Part shown: positions 7,931 through 15,992 of the stretch, one piece after another
Layout of the letters: every line of letters begins with the position of its first letter
Position numbering within the stretch: position 1 is the first letter of the stretch
Source of the DNA: an uncultured Desulfurellales bacterium
Lineage (GTDB): Bacteria > Campylobacterota_A > Desulfurellia > Desulfurellales > Hippeaceae
DNA length: 30,588 nt
Direction of reading: 5' to 3'
NCBI GenBank assembly: GCA_964579095.1
Contig: CAZOGA010000003.1
Span: forward strand, 1-30,588
Notes under the pieces: generated by a model
Told to the model about the DNA's origin: nothing
Databases searched by the model: none
Seen by the model: only the letters and a program-made list of their open reading frames with translations
Made by a program: the position numbers and the translations under genes

Positions 7931-8030
7931 GCCCGACTCTGTAAGAAGAACAAAAAAACAAACAGCTTCAAAATGGAGTCGGGCATTAACATTCCACTAC
8001 TCCCTTTGCTTATGCGTGGGAGTGGTGGAA
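7931..8030 (+). other. structured intergenic region with two stem-loops
   Basis: gcccgactc(7931-7939)/gagtcgggc(7976-7984); ttccactactccc(7992-8004)/gggagtggtggaa(8018-8030) with one G-U. Confidence 0.65.
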
Positions 8031-8040
8031 AGAAAATATT

Positions 8041-8271
8041 ATGAAACTAACATACAATATGGCATTACGGGATATTTGCGACTCTCTAGGAGTAGAAACA
8101 GAGATAACAGCTAGGGGCAAAGATGAGGCGTTAGCGCGGACAGTGGAAGCGATTGAGGATAAATACACCGCTGATATAAAGACAATCAGGGACGCTCTTA
8201 AGGGCAAGCAGGTGATGACTAGGAAGGATATTAAGGAATTGATGAGGTATATTGATTCTTATTTATTATGA
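8041..8271 (+). CDS. hypothetical protein
   Basis: 76-aa ORF; about 45% GC over 8041-8220 (hand count). Confidence 0.65.
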   Translation: MKLTYNMALRDICDSLGVETEITARGKDEALARTVEAIEDKYTADIKTIRDALKGKQVMTRKDIKELMRYIDSYLL

Positions 8272-8621
8272 TAATATTCAAAGGTAATCCATTAAGCACG
8301 CAACTGATATATAAATATACTTGCAGAGGAAAGTTTGGACAATTCTATATGACGGCGCAAGGCAAACAGCTGAAAGAGTATTATCAGTTAGAAACTAAAA
8401 AACAATGGAATAATAAAATAATACTTGGAAATTGTAAGGTGGAAATAAGTTTATTTTTTAAAGATAAAAGAAAACACGATGTTGATAATTTTTCAAAGCT
8501 TGCACTAGATTCTTTAGAAGGGATAGTTTATGAAAATGATAATCAGATACAGGAATTATTAGTTAGAAAATACTATGACAAAGAGAATCCGCGTGTTAAA
8601 ATAGAAGTATGGGAGGCTTAA
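8268..8621 (+). CDS. rusA: RusA-family Holliday junction resolvase
   Basis: KRKHDVDNFSKLALDSLEGIVYENDNQI ... NPRVKIEV. Confidence 0.9.
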   Translation: MIIFKGNPLSTQLIYKYTCRGKFGQFYMTAQGKQLKEYYQLETKKQWNNKIILGNCKVEISLFFKDKRKHDVDNFSKLALDSLEGIVYENDNQIQELLVRKYYDKENPRVKIEVWEA

Positions 8622-8959
8622 AAAATAGATTTCCACCAGCAGTTAGAGAATTCTGGATAGGATGGTTTACTGATATGATTGACGGAAGAAATGATGCGGA
8701 TTGCCTACATCATATAATTTCCCCTAGTTCTCAAAATTATGTTTCTGGTTCGCACAATAAAAGCATTCTTAATAGCTGTCCGCTGAATAATAATAGAACA
8801 CATCTATATAATCCAGAATTACATAAATCCTACAAAGAAAAAGAATTATTGCAAAAGATATTAGAACTATTAGTCAAGCTAGACTATAAGTTTAAGCCGA
8901 TAGACGAAGAGTTTTATTCTATTTATAGAAATAATTATAAAAAAATCCCCCTACAATGA
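8609..8959 (+). CDS. hypothetical protein, degenerate HNH-like
   Basis: LHHII ... NSCPLNNNRTH resembles the HNH HHI...N...LC..CH pattern without the Cys residues. Confidence 0.45.
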   Translation: MGGLKNRFPPAVREFWIGWFTDMIDGRNDADCLHHIISPSSQNYVSGSHNKSILNSCPLNNNRTHLYNPELHKSYKEKELLQKILELLVKLDYKFKPIDEEFYSIYRNNYKKIPLQ

Positions 8960-8967
8960 GGGGGATT
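8944..8967. terminator. intrinsic terminator-like hairpin
   Basis: aatccccct-acaatg-agggggatt, perfect 9-bp stem; A-run on left, T-rich on right; ends module just before promoter. Confidence 0.6.
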
Positions 8968-9018
8968 AGTTATTTGCTTGATTTAAAACGCTTAGAACGC
9001 AAATGAGAGCCTCGTTTC

Positions 9019-9048
9019 TTGACAGAATATAGCGAAAAATGGTAAAAT
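9019..9048 (+). promoter_or_regulatory. sigma70-type promoter with extended -10
   Basis: TTGACA-18-TAAAAT with TGn directly upstream of the -10. Confidence 0.75.
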
Positions 9049-9057
9049 ATAGATAAT

Positions 9058-9189
9058 ATGAAAACTAAAACAAAATTACCCTCCCGTGGAACAGGCCGAA
9101 GAAATGGCAACGCTGGAGAAAGAAGAAACGGGCGCCCGCGCACAGAGGCGGAGAGAAGAAAAAGACATAATAGATTATTGGGAAAATGA
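9058..9189 (+). CDS. Arg-rich basic peptide (43 aa)
   Basis: Manually translated MKTKTKLPSRGTGRRNGNAGERRNGRPRTEAERRKRHNRLLGK; ATGA-coupled to next gene. Confidence 0.6.
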   Translation: MKTKTKLPSRGTGRRNGNAGERRNGRPRTEAERRKRHNRLLGK

Positions 9190-9395
9190 AAAAAACTACA
9201 GAGGGAGATGAGTTAAGATATTTTTATTGTATAGACGGAAGCGAAGACCTTAATTGTGAGAACTATCGTAGTGTAATGTGTCAGTTTATTTCTTTTAATA
9301 AAAAAGATAGAGTAATAACGGTAAGATTAAAGAATGGAGTTACATTTAATACTACCTTATTTCACATTCAAGGATTTATAGAGAAAAATAAATGA
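9186..9395 (+). CDS. hypothetical protein
   Basis: 69-aa coupled ORF. Confidence 0.65.
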   Translation: MKKTTEGDELRYFYCIDGSEDLNCENYRSVMCQFISFNKKDRVITVRLKNGVTFNTTLFHIQGFIEKNK

Positions 9396-9781
9396 AAAAG
9401 AAAATAGTTGATTACATATTTGATTATTTTACCAAGGTTATTCTGCCAACCTGCTATATATCTGGCTATGAAGTAGAAGTTATTTTAGACACAGACAATA
9501 ATGATACCCGCACATTTTCAGTCAAAGTTAATTTCCCCTATCGTTATATTAATTTATATATTAATGAGGAAGGAGTTAAGCTATACAAAAAGAAAGCATA
9601 CGGTGAAATCCGAAAGAGATTGTTCCACGAGTGTTTCCATATTCTGTTGTGGAAATATAAAGAATACGCTGAAGCAAGATTCGCGCAACGAGAAACAATG
9701 GAAGAAATGGAAGAAGATATGGCAGACAGATTTAGCATTATCTTAGAAAATTTATGGCAAAAACAAATCAAACAAAAGTAA
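9392..9781 (+). CDS. putative zincin-like metallopeptidase
   Basis: HECFH (HExxH) plus downstream EEDMAD. Confidence 0.55.
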   Translation: MKKKIVDYIFDYFTKVILPTCYISGYEVEVILDTDNNDTRTFSVKVNFPYRYINLYINEEGVKLYKKKAYGEIRKRLFHECFHILLWKYKEYAEARFAQRETMEEMEEDMADRFSIILENLWQKQIKQK

Positions 9782-9969
9782 CTTATAAAGAAATTTACCC
9801 CGTTGAAGAGAAAACAATTTTAGGTTTTTTAAAAGTTGAAAAAGTATTATTCAATAAAAAACTCGGTTCAGAATTGATAATTGAATGCAACGACAATGTT
9901 GACCCAGTAGACGCAATTTATTTTAACGGAAAAAGAATTTATGGTAATGACAAAAAAAATTACAATTAG
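9754..9969 (+). CDS. hypothetical protein
   Basis: 71-aa ORF in operon. Confidence 0.6.
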   Translation: MAKTNQTKVTYKEIYPVEEKTILGFLKVEKVLFNKKLGSELIIECNDNVDPVDAIYFNGKRIYGNDKKNYN

Positions 9970-10195
9970 CAGAAAGTATATCCATTTATCTCCTCTTCCT
10001 ACCGAAACAATTAAAGATGGTTTATGGATTGAGCTTAAATTTACCCCTTCTAATACTGTAAAACCATTTGCTTCAACAAATATTATTAAAGGTCAAGCCC
10101 GCTATGAAAAACCCAATAAAGGAACTCTGAAAAAACCAAACTATAATACAGTAAAAAGAGCGTGGATTGAAAATGACAAAAAAGCAACAAAATGA
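9941..10195 (+). CDS. hypothetical basic protein (alternative start 9947)
   Basis: 84-aa ORF in operon. Confidence 0.55.
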   Translation: MVMTKKITISRKYIHLSPLPTETIKDGLWIELKFTPSNTVKPFASTNIIKGQARYEKPNKGTLKKPNYNTVKRAWIENDKKATK

Positions 10196-10414
10196 TTATG
10201 GACTATAGAATATTATTATTTTGGCTTATAGGATTTATATGGATTTATAGTGGAGCAAATCTGGTGATAGGGATTACAATTGATAGAAACTGGAAACTTA
10301 TTCCTTTTTGGCCGACTATTTGTCTTTTTATCCCTTCTACTATTATCGTTGCCATTTTAACAATATATGCTTTTACAGTTTGTCCTTAAATATGACAAAA
10401 AAGCAACAAAATGA
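10173..10414 (+). repeat. 23-bp perfect direct repeat (10173-10195, 10392-10414) flanking membrane ORF
   Basis: atgacaaaaaagcaacaaaatga twice, 219 bp apart. Confidence 0.9.
10192..10389 (+). CDS. two-TM small membrane protein
   Basis: Two hydrophobic segments in 65 aa. Confidence 0.65.
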   Translation: MIMDYRILLFWLIGFIWIYSGANLVIGITIDRNWKLIPFWPTICLFIPSTIIVAILTIYAFTVCP

Positions 10415-10748
10415 AATAAAATGCTTAGATTACTTTTCTTTAGCAAAAGAACTTTATGCAGGCAATGACGAATGTAATGCCGAAGAAGAATATTTTAAAA
10501 TCACACAGGACGGAAAATCTAAGAAATATAAAAACGCGCGATTAGAACAATTACTTGATGCTAAGAAATGGAGATTAAGGCAAATGGATATGTATGAACA
10601 AGGAATAATAGACGGAAGCGTTCCTTTTTCTACTCTATTATTTGACGAAGATGAAAAAGCACTTCCTAATTACATTATAAACTTTATGGCAAAAACGATG
10701 TTTAAAGGAATGGAAAAAGAAACTATAATAAATTGCGCTTGCGTATGA
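10392..10748 (+). CDS. hypothetical protein (start revised from 10308)
   Basis: MTKKQQNE start follows the previous stop; upstream extension overlaps the membrane ORF. Confidence 0.7.
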   Translation: MTKKQQNEIKCLDYFSLAKELYAGNDECNAEEEYFKITQDGKSKKYKNARLEQLLDAKKWRLRQMDMYEQGIIDGSVPFSTLLFDEDEKALPNYIINFMAKTMFKGMEKETIINCACV

Positions 10749-10993
10749 CAAACAAACAATTAATTCAAGAGGTTCAAAACATAATAAAACCAGTAGTTGA
10801 TAGAGTGGAAGAATTAGAAAAAGTAAAATCAGTATCTCCTCCTGTAGAATTAGAATTAACAACCATAGTTAAAAACAAATTCCCAACAGGCTATTTTCCA
10901 CAGCAACAATTTGTCAGAGAATTAAAACCCTTAATGTTTAAATATAGAATAATAGACTTAAAAGCCTTTTTTGAAAATCCTATAAATATATAA
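10745..10993 (+). CDS. hypothetical protein
   Basis: ATGA-coupled start at 10745. Confidence 0.65.
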   Translation: MTNKQLIQEVQNIIKPVVDRVEELEKVKSVSPPVELELTTIVKNKFPTGYFPQQQFVRELKPLMFKYRIIDLKAFFENPINI

Positions 10994-11009
10994 TGAACAA
11001 ATTAAATTT

Positions 11010-11399
11010 ATGGCATCTGAACACGCAAAAGCAGTTGCTCAAGAAGTAATTGAAAAAGCGAGAAAAGGCGAGAAAATCAATAAGCAGGAGATTCAGATGA
11101 AACACGGCTATTCTAAAACTTCTGCTAAATCAATGAAAGCAACAATAACTAAAACTTATAAGAAAACGATGAAGCCAATTATTAAAAGTCTAATAACTGA
11201 AAGAGATAGGGCTATTGAAGAGATGAAAAAGAAAAGAAAAGACGCAAAGTATCGGGACTTATCTGATGCAGTTGATAAATTGACTAAAGTAATTCAATTA
11301 TTATCTGGCCGTGCAACAGATAGAACAGAGATATTTACTCAAGAACAAATTGATGCAATTCTCAATAGAAGAACAAAAAAAGATAGCACAAGCAGGTAG
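11010..11399 (+). CDS. terminase small subunit (putative)
   Basis: Basic helical protein with HGYSKTSA HTH-like motif directly upstream of and overlapping TerL. Confidence 0.65.
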   Translation: MASEHAKAVAQEVIEKARKGEKINKQEIQMKHGYSKTSAKSMKATITKTYKKTMKPIIKSLITERDRAIEEMKKKRKDAKYRDLSDAVDKLTKVIQLLSGRATDRTEIFTQEQIDAILNRRTKKDSTSR

Positions 11400-12777
11400 G
11401 TATGACCTTATTGATTTTTCTATTATTACTAATAGACAATATAAACCTAACTGGCACCATAATCAGATAGCAGAGAAACTAGAAGCAGTGGAAGCAGGCA
11501 AATTAAAGAGGTTAATGATATTTATGCCTCCGCGCGCTGGAAAATCTCAATTAGCGACTATTAACTTTCCTGCGTGGTATTTAGGAAGAAATCCAGATAA
11601 GGAAGTAATAACAGTCAGCTACTCTGGAGAGCTTGCATTAGACTTCGGGAGCAAGACAAGAGATTTAGTGAGGGATGAAGTTTATAATTTAATATTTAAT
11701 TTATCTTTAAGAGAAGACGAAAAAGCAAAAGGAAAATGGAGAACAAAACAAGGAGGATATTATATTAGTATGGGAATAGGCGGAACAATCACAGGCAGGG
11801 GAGCAGATATCCTATTGATTGATGACCCTATTAAAAACAGAGAGGAAGCGGAATCAGAAGTTTACCGCAACAAGGTTTGGGATTTCTACACATCCACAGC
11901 ATATACAAGACTTAATCCGGGCGGAGCAGTTATTATTATCTTGACTCGTTGGCATTTAGACGACTTAGCGGGAAGACTATTAAAGAAAGAGAGGCAAAAT
12001 TGGGAAGTGATAGAATTTCCAGCCATAGCGATAAAGGATGAGAAATACAGAAAGCAAGGTGAACCATTATGGCCGAGTAGATATTCTTTAGAAGAATATG
12101 AAAAAACAAAAGAAACAATAGGAATAATTAACTGGAATGCTTTATATCAACAAAGACCTATTTTATCAGAGAATCAAGAGTTTAAGCCCTACTGGTTCAA
12201 ATATAGGACACAAGAAGAACTTAATATATTAGAAACAAGGAACTTTATAACAATAGATACCGCAATCAGTAAGAAAGCCTCTGCGGACTATACAGGTATT
12301 TGCAGAAATTTTGTAGACAAAGAAAACAAGTGGAACATAAAGACTAATAAGTTAAGGATAAACCCTAAAGAACTAATAGACTTGCTATTTACTCTTTATG
12401 AGAAAGACAGACCAGAGAAGATAGGCATAGAAAAGACAATCTATTTACAGGCAATTAAGCCTTTCTTAGATGATGAAATGCGAAAGAGAAATAAGTTTTT
12501 ACCAATTGTGGAACTACTGCATAATCAAATCCAAAAAGAAACACGAATAAGAGGAATAATACCAAGATATGAAAGTGGTTCAATTATACATATAGAGAAT
12601 GAATGCGGAGATTTAGAAGAAGAAGCCTTGTCATTCCCTTTAGGCGCTCACGATGATGTTTTAGATAGCCTTGCTTATCAAGTTCAAATAGCAGAATCTC
12701 CAATTGGAAACGAAGCAATAAGGCGTAAAATTTTACAAAACCGCGCGCGGAGAACTAAAAACGAACTAATACCTTAA
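11353..12777 (+). CDS. terL: terminase large subunit
   Basis: Walker A MPPRAGKS, TGRGADILLIDDP, TRWHLDDLAGRL, nuclease IDTA...ADYT and HDDVLDSLAY. Confidence 0.95.
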   Translation: MQFSIEEQKKIAQAGRYDLIDFSIITNRQYKPNWHHNQIAEKLEAVEAGKLKRLMIFMPPRAGKSQLATINFPAWYLGRNPDKEVITVSYSGELALDFGSKTRDLVRDEVYNLIFNLSLREDEKAKGKWRTKQGGYYISMGIGGTITGRGADILLIDDPIKNREEAESEVYRNKVWDFYTSTAYTRLNPGGAVIIILTRWHLDDLAGRLLKKERQNWEVIEFPAIAIKDEKYRKQGEPLWPSRYSLEEYEKTKETIGIINWNALYQQRPILSENQEFKPYWFKYRTQEELNILETRNFITIDTAISKKASADYTGICRNFVDKENKWNIKTNKLRINPKELIDLLFTLYEKDRPEKIGIEKTIYLQAIKPFLDDEMRKRNKFLPIVELLHNQIQKETRIRGIIPRYESGSIIHIENECGDLEEEALSFPLGAHDDVLDSLAYQVQIAESPIGNEAIRRKILQNRARRTKNELIP

Positions 12778-12917
12778 TGAAAATAGACAAAATCGCAACC
12801 AAACAAATGGAAGAGATATGGAATGAACACCACGACCCCGAAATTATCAAAGAAAAAGAATTGAAAAAGAGAAGAGAGGAGAGGCTTGAGCATAAAAAAA
12901 AGGATTTAGGATTATGA
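12777..12917 (+). CDS. small charged protein (46 aa)
   Basis: Manually translated; coupled at both ends. Confidence 0.5.
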   Translation: MKIDKIATKQMEEIWNEHHDPEIIKEKELKKRREERLEHKKKDLGL

Positions 12918-13102
12918 TAAAAATTGAACTAACAAACGAGGACGCAAGCCTTTTTAAGCTATTCAGAGAGTATCAGGACAGATTTAAAGTCTTATTGGAC
13001 AATAAAGTATTTGAAATTAAAAACGGTAAGGCAGTGCTTAATTTTGATAGCGAAGGGAAATTGCGACAGGTAAATATCAATAGAATCTGTTATCGGACTT
13101 GA
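12914..13102 (+). CDS. hypothetical protein
   Basis: 62-aa ORF. Confidence 0.65.
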   Translation: MIKIELTNEDASLFKLFREYQDRFKVLLDNKVFEIKNGKAVLNFDSEGKLRQVNINRICYRT

Positions 13103-13128
13103 CACGATGTTTAATAATTTGGTATAAT
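13099..13128 (+). promoter_or_regulatory. consensus sigma70 promoter for structural genes
   Basis: TTGACA(13099-13104)-18-TATAAT(13123-13128) with TGn extension. Confidence 0.85.
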
Positions 13129-13152
13129 AACTAATCTTAACCAACAACATTT

Positions 13153-13191
13153 GGCGGATATGGACTTAATTGTTCTGTATTCGCCTTTTTT
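13153..13191 (+). terminator. terminator-like hairpin plus U6 in portal leader
   Basis: ggcggatatgga/tctgtattcgcc 12-bp stem (3 G-U) followed by tttttt; ATG 2 nt later. Confidence 0.6.
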
Positions 13192-13192
13192 A

Positions 13193-14923
13193 ATGTCCCA
13201 AATACTTAAACAAATTAGCGACGAATTAAACTCTTATCTTACTCAGGAGGTTTTTATCTCTGAAGGATATCCGTATTCTGAACACGATTTAAAAAAGAGA
13301 ATTGTTATTTATGCTAACGGGATTTTTCCTGAAGGCAAAGTTGATAGCAAAGGGAACTATAAATACTGGTTTGATATTTGCAGTTCGCGCGTAGATGACG
13401 AGATTAAGAATATTGATTTTGACACAAAGCATATTGAAATTTATGTTGACCCGCCAAGTTCAAAATATGATACGCCTCTTTTTATCGCAAACGCACAGCT
13501 GAAAGACTTTTTAAGGGAAACCCGTCAAGCCCAAAAGATTAACGAATCTTTAGAAGAGTTTTCAGGCTGGGGGAATATTCTCTGGAAAAAGATAAAAGGA
13601 AAATACATAAAACTTGATTTGCTTAATACTTATATTATAAACACTGTTGCTAGAAGTATTAACGAAACGCCTGTAATCGAACGCTGGGAGATGACACAGA
13701 GCCAGCTAAGAGAGATGAATGGCGTATGGGACAATATTGAAGAAGTTATCAAGGAATGCGGAGACAAGCAGTTTTTGAGCGCTAAAGATGACGCAAAAAC
13801 TTATGTTCAAGATACAACAATTCCTTATTATGAGATATTTGAACGAAACGGAGAAGTTAGCGAGAAGACTTTATTTGAAGCTATGGGCAAAAAAGGCGGA
13901 AGAGAAAACAAATATCTCCTTGCCAAAATAGTTGTAGCAGGATTAGAGAAAGGAAATACCGCAGATACTAAAGTTCTATATGCCAAAGAAATTTCAAAGA
14001 TGCCATATAAAGAGGCTCACAGGGGACGCTACAATGGGCGCTGGTGGAGAACAGGCATATATGAGCTATTATTTGATGTTCAAACAAGAGTCAATGAAAT
14101 AGGCAATCAGATAGCCAGAGGGCTTGAATGGAGTTCTAAGACATTTTTTAGTACTAGCGATAGTCTATTTGTAGAGAATATCTCAACAGATATGGACAAT
14201 GGCGATGTTCTAAAGGCTAAAGATATCAGACAGATAGAAGTAAGAATGCAAGGATTTGACCAATTGGCCGCCGAATGGAATCGGATGATTGCCTTATCTA
14301 AAGATATCTGTAAATCATACGAGATAATTCAGGGTGAAACATTGCCTTCAGGAACACCATTTAGACTTGGCGCGCTAATGAATACGAACGCTAATAAGTT
14401 TTTTGATTATATCCGGGAAAAGATTGGAATAGTTTACGAAGAGATTTTCACGGATTGGATTCTTCCTGATTTAATTAAGAGCATAAAAACTAAGGATGTA
14501 ATTGAACTTGCGGGAGATTCTGAATTTATGGAGAGATATTATAAATCAATCGCAAACGCTTGGTATATTAAAAACTTGCTTGCTATCGGAGTTCATAGTC
14601 CGCAAATGGCTGAAGTGCTAATTCAAAGCAAGATTAACGAATTGAAGAAAAGACCAAAAGCCTTGATCAAGAATAATAAAGAAATGTTTATCGGATTAAA
14701 GGCAAAAGCAAAAATAGTTATTACAGGGGAAAATGTCAGAATGGCCGAAGACTTGGAAACATTAAGTTCATTTATTCAGCTAGAACAAGACCCAGCGAGG
14801 CGAGAATATTTATTAAATATGGCATACGAGAAAAAAGGATTTGATGTAGGAGCAATGCCTAAAAGCCAGCCAGAAGGAGGAGCTATACCAACTAATGCGC
14901 CCGCAGTGCCACTGCCAACATAA
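13193..14923 (+). CDS. portal protein (P22-like); start revised from 13151
   Basis: About 576 aa after TerL; WWRTGIYELLFDVQTRVNEIGNQ portal-type motif. Confidence 0.85.
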   Translation: MSQILKQISDELNSYLTQEVFISEGYPYSEHDLKKRIVIYANGIFPEGKVDSKGNYKYWFDICSSRVDDEIKNIDFDTKHIEIYVDPPSSKYDTPLFIANAQLKDFLRETRQAQKINESLEEFSGWGNILWKKIKGKYIKLDLLNTYIINTVARSINETPVIERWEMTQSQLREMNGVWDNIEEVIKECGDKQFLSAKDDAKTYVQDTTIPYYEIFERNGEVSEKTLFEAMGKKGGRENKYLLAKIVVAGLEKGNTADTKVLYAKEISKMPYKEAHRGRYNGRWWRTGIYELLFDVQTRVNEIGNQIARGLEWSSKTFFSTSDSLFVENISTDMDNGDVLKAKDIRQIEVRMQGFDQLAAEWNRMIALSKDICKSYEIIQGETLPSGTPFRLGALMNTNANKFFDYIREKIGIVYEEIFTDWILPDLIKSIKTKDVIELAGDSEFMERYYKSIANAWYIKNLLAIGVHSPQMAEVLIQSKINELKKRPKALIKNNKEMFIGLKAKAKIVITGENVRMAEDLETLSSFIQLEQDPARREYLLNMAYEKKGFDVGAMPKSQPEGGAIPTNAPAVPLPT

Positions 14924-14924
14924 T

Positions 14925-15206
14925 ATGGGATTATTCACACATTTACGAAAAGCACAGCATTCCGCTAAAATTAGTTCAATGATGAAAGCGAGGATGACAA
15001 ATTTTGAGAAGCTAAAAAAAAGACTTGCATTGCTTTATGAGGATGCTCAGATAACACCGAACCAAAAGAGCGAGATTGACAGATTGCGGTTAGAGTATTC
15101 CACAAAATCAAGACAAATGCTTGAAGTTTATATGGAAAAAGAAGTTAATGTTTTAGAAGATTTAAAAGGAGAATATCAATATAAAATACAAAATAATGCC
15201 ATATAA
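14925..15206 (+). CDS. hypothetical protein
   Basis: ATG14925 directly after portal stop. Confidence 0.65.
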   Translation: MGLFTHLRKAQHSAKISSMMKARMTNFEKLKKRLALLYEDAQITPNQKSEIDRLRLEYSTKSRQMLEVYMEKEVNVLEDLKGEYQYKIQNNAI

Positions 15207-15339
15207 AATTATTAAAAATAAAGTTTATACAAAATCTACTGGGCGCTGGAAACTAAAACAAACCTGTAAATCAGTAGGCAACGCTAAAAAAGCAATAAGA
15301 CTTTTAAGGGGATTAGAAAATAAAACAATAAAAAAATGA
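15196..15339 (+). CDS. small basic protein (47 aa, MPYKIIK...)
   Basis: Manually translated; fills the gap and is ATGA-coupled. Confidence 0.6.
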   Translation: MPYKIIKNKVYTKSTGRWKLKQTCKSVGNAKKAIRLLRGLENKTIKK

Positions 15340-15563
15340 AACTATTTACTAAATATTTTGATAAGGCAGATAAGAACGAACTTAGACTAAGGCAACAGCA
15401 AATTAACGAGCAAATACTGATAGTTACGGGCTTACAAGAGATGATGAAAGGGTTTGTTACCAGCAAATTCTCCAAATATGGATTAGACAGTTCAAAACAA
15501 TGGTCGGTTAACCCAAGCACAGGACAAATTAAAGAAGTAAAACAAAATGGAAAACAAAATTAA
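15336..15563 (+). CDS. hypothetical protein
   Basis: 75-aa coupled ORF. Confidence 0.65.
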   Translation: MKLFTKYFDKADKNELRLRQQQINEQILIVTGLQEMMKGFVTSKFSKYGLDSSKQWSVNPSTGQIKEVKQNGKQN

Positions 15564-15762
15564 ACAATTATTAGAGCAAGCGATAAGTGAGTTAGGGGAT
15601 ATCCGAAATATCAGAGAGAACTTGTTTCAAGATGAAAAGGCATTACAAGTAACAGCAAGATTACTAGCAATAGATATGTTAGAGAAAATTTTGAAGATTG
15701 CTAAAGGCGAAAAGGTCGTATCAACAAAAGATAAATTATTTTATTTACCAAAAAATGGCTAA
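15547..15762 (+). CDS. hypothetical protein
   Basis: 71-aa overlapping ORF. Confidence 0.65.
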   Translation: MENKIKQLLEQAISELGDIRNIRENLFQDEKALQVTARLLAIDMLEKILKIAKGEKVVSTKDKLFYLPKNG

Positions 15763-15946
15763 AAAAGAAGAAATTAAAAAAGAAGAAGTAAAGGCTATTG
15801 TAAAAGCTACTGACAAAAAAGAAGCAGAAAAGAATAAGAAGAAAGTAGTTCGTATTATAGATGTCAACGGGCAGAAATTGACACTTCCAAGTATGGAAGA
15901 AGCCCAAAACTATGTTAAAGCATACGGAGGAAAGATAGTATTATAA
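15755..15946 (+). CDS. hypothetical Lys/Glu-rich protein (start revised from 15698)
   Basis: MAKKEEIKKEEVK start. Confidence 0.65.
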   Translation: MAKKEEIKKEEVKAIVKATDKKEAEKNKKKVVRIIDVNGQKLTLPSMEEAQNYVKAYGGKIVL

Positions 15947-15951
15947 ATCTA

Positions 15952-15984
15952 TGAGGTAAACGGTAAACCTCGCTAAACACCGTT
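15952..15984 (+). promoter_or_regulatory. H-type RNA pseudoknot upstream of scaffold gene
   Basis: S1 GAGGU(15953-57)/ACCUC(15967-71); S2 AACGGU(15959-64)/ACCGUU(15979-84). Confidence 0.6.
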
Positions 15985-15992
15985 AAAAAATT

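Noticed and set aside
15952-15990. preQ1-I riboswitch
   Set aside because: Similar size and topology, but the specificity C before the 3' side of P1 is an A, and the downstream gene is unrelated to queuosine.
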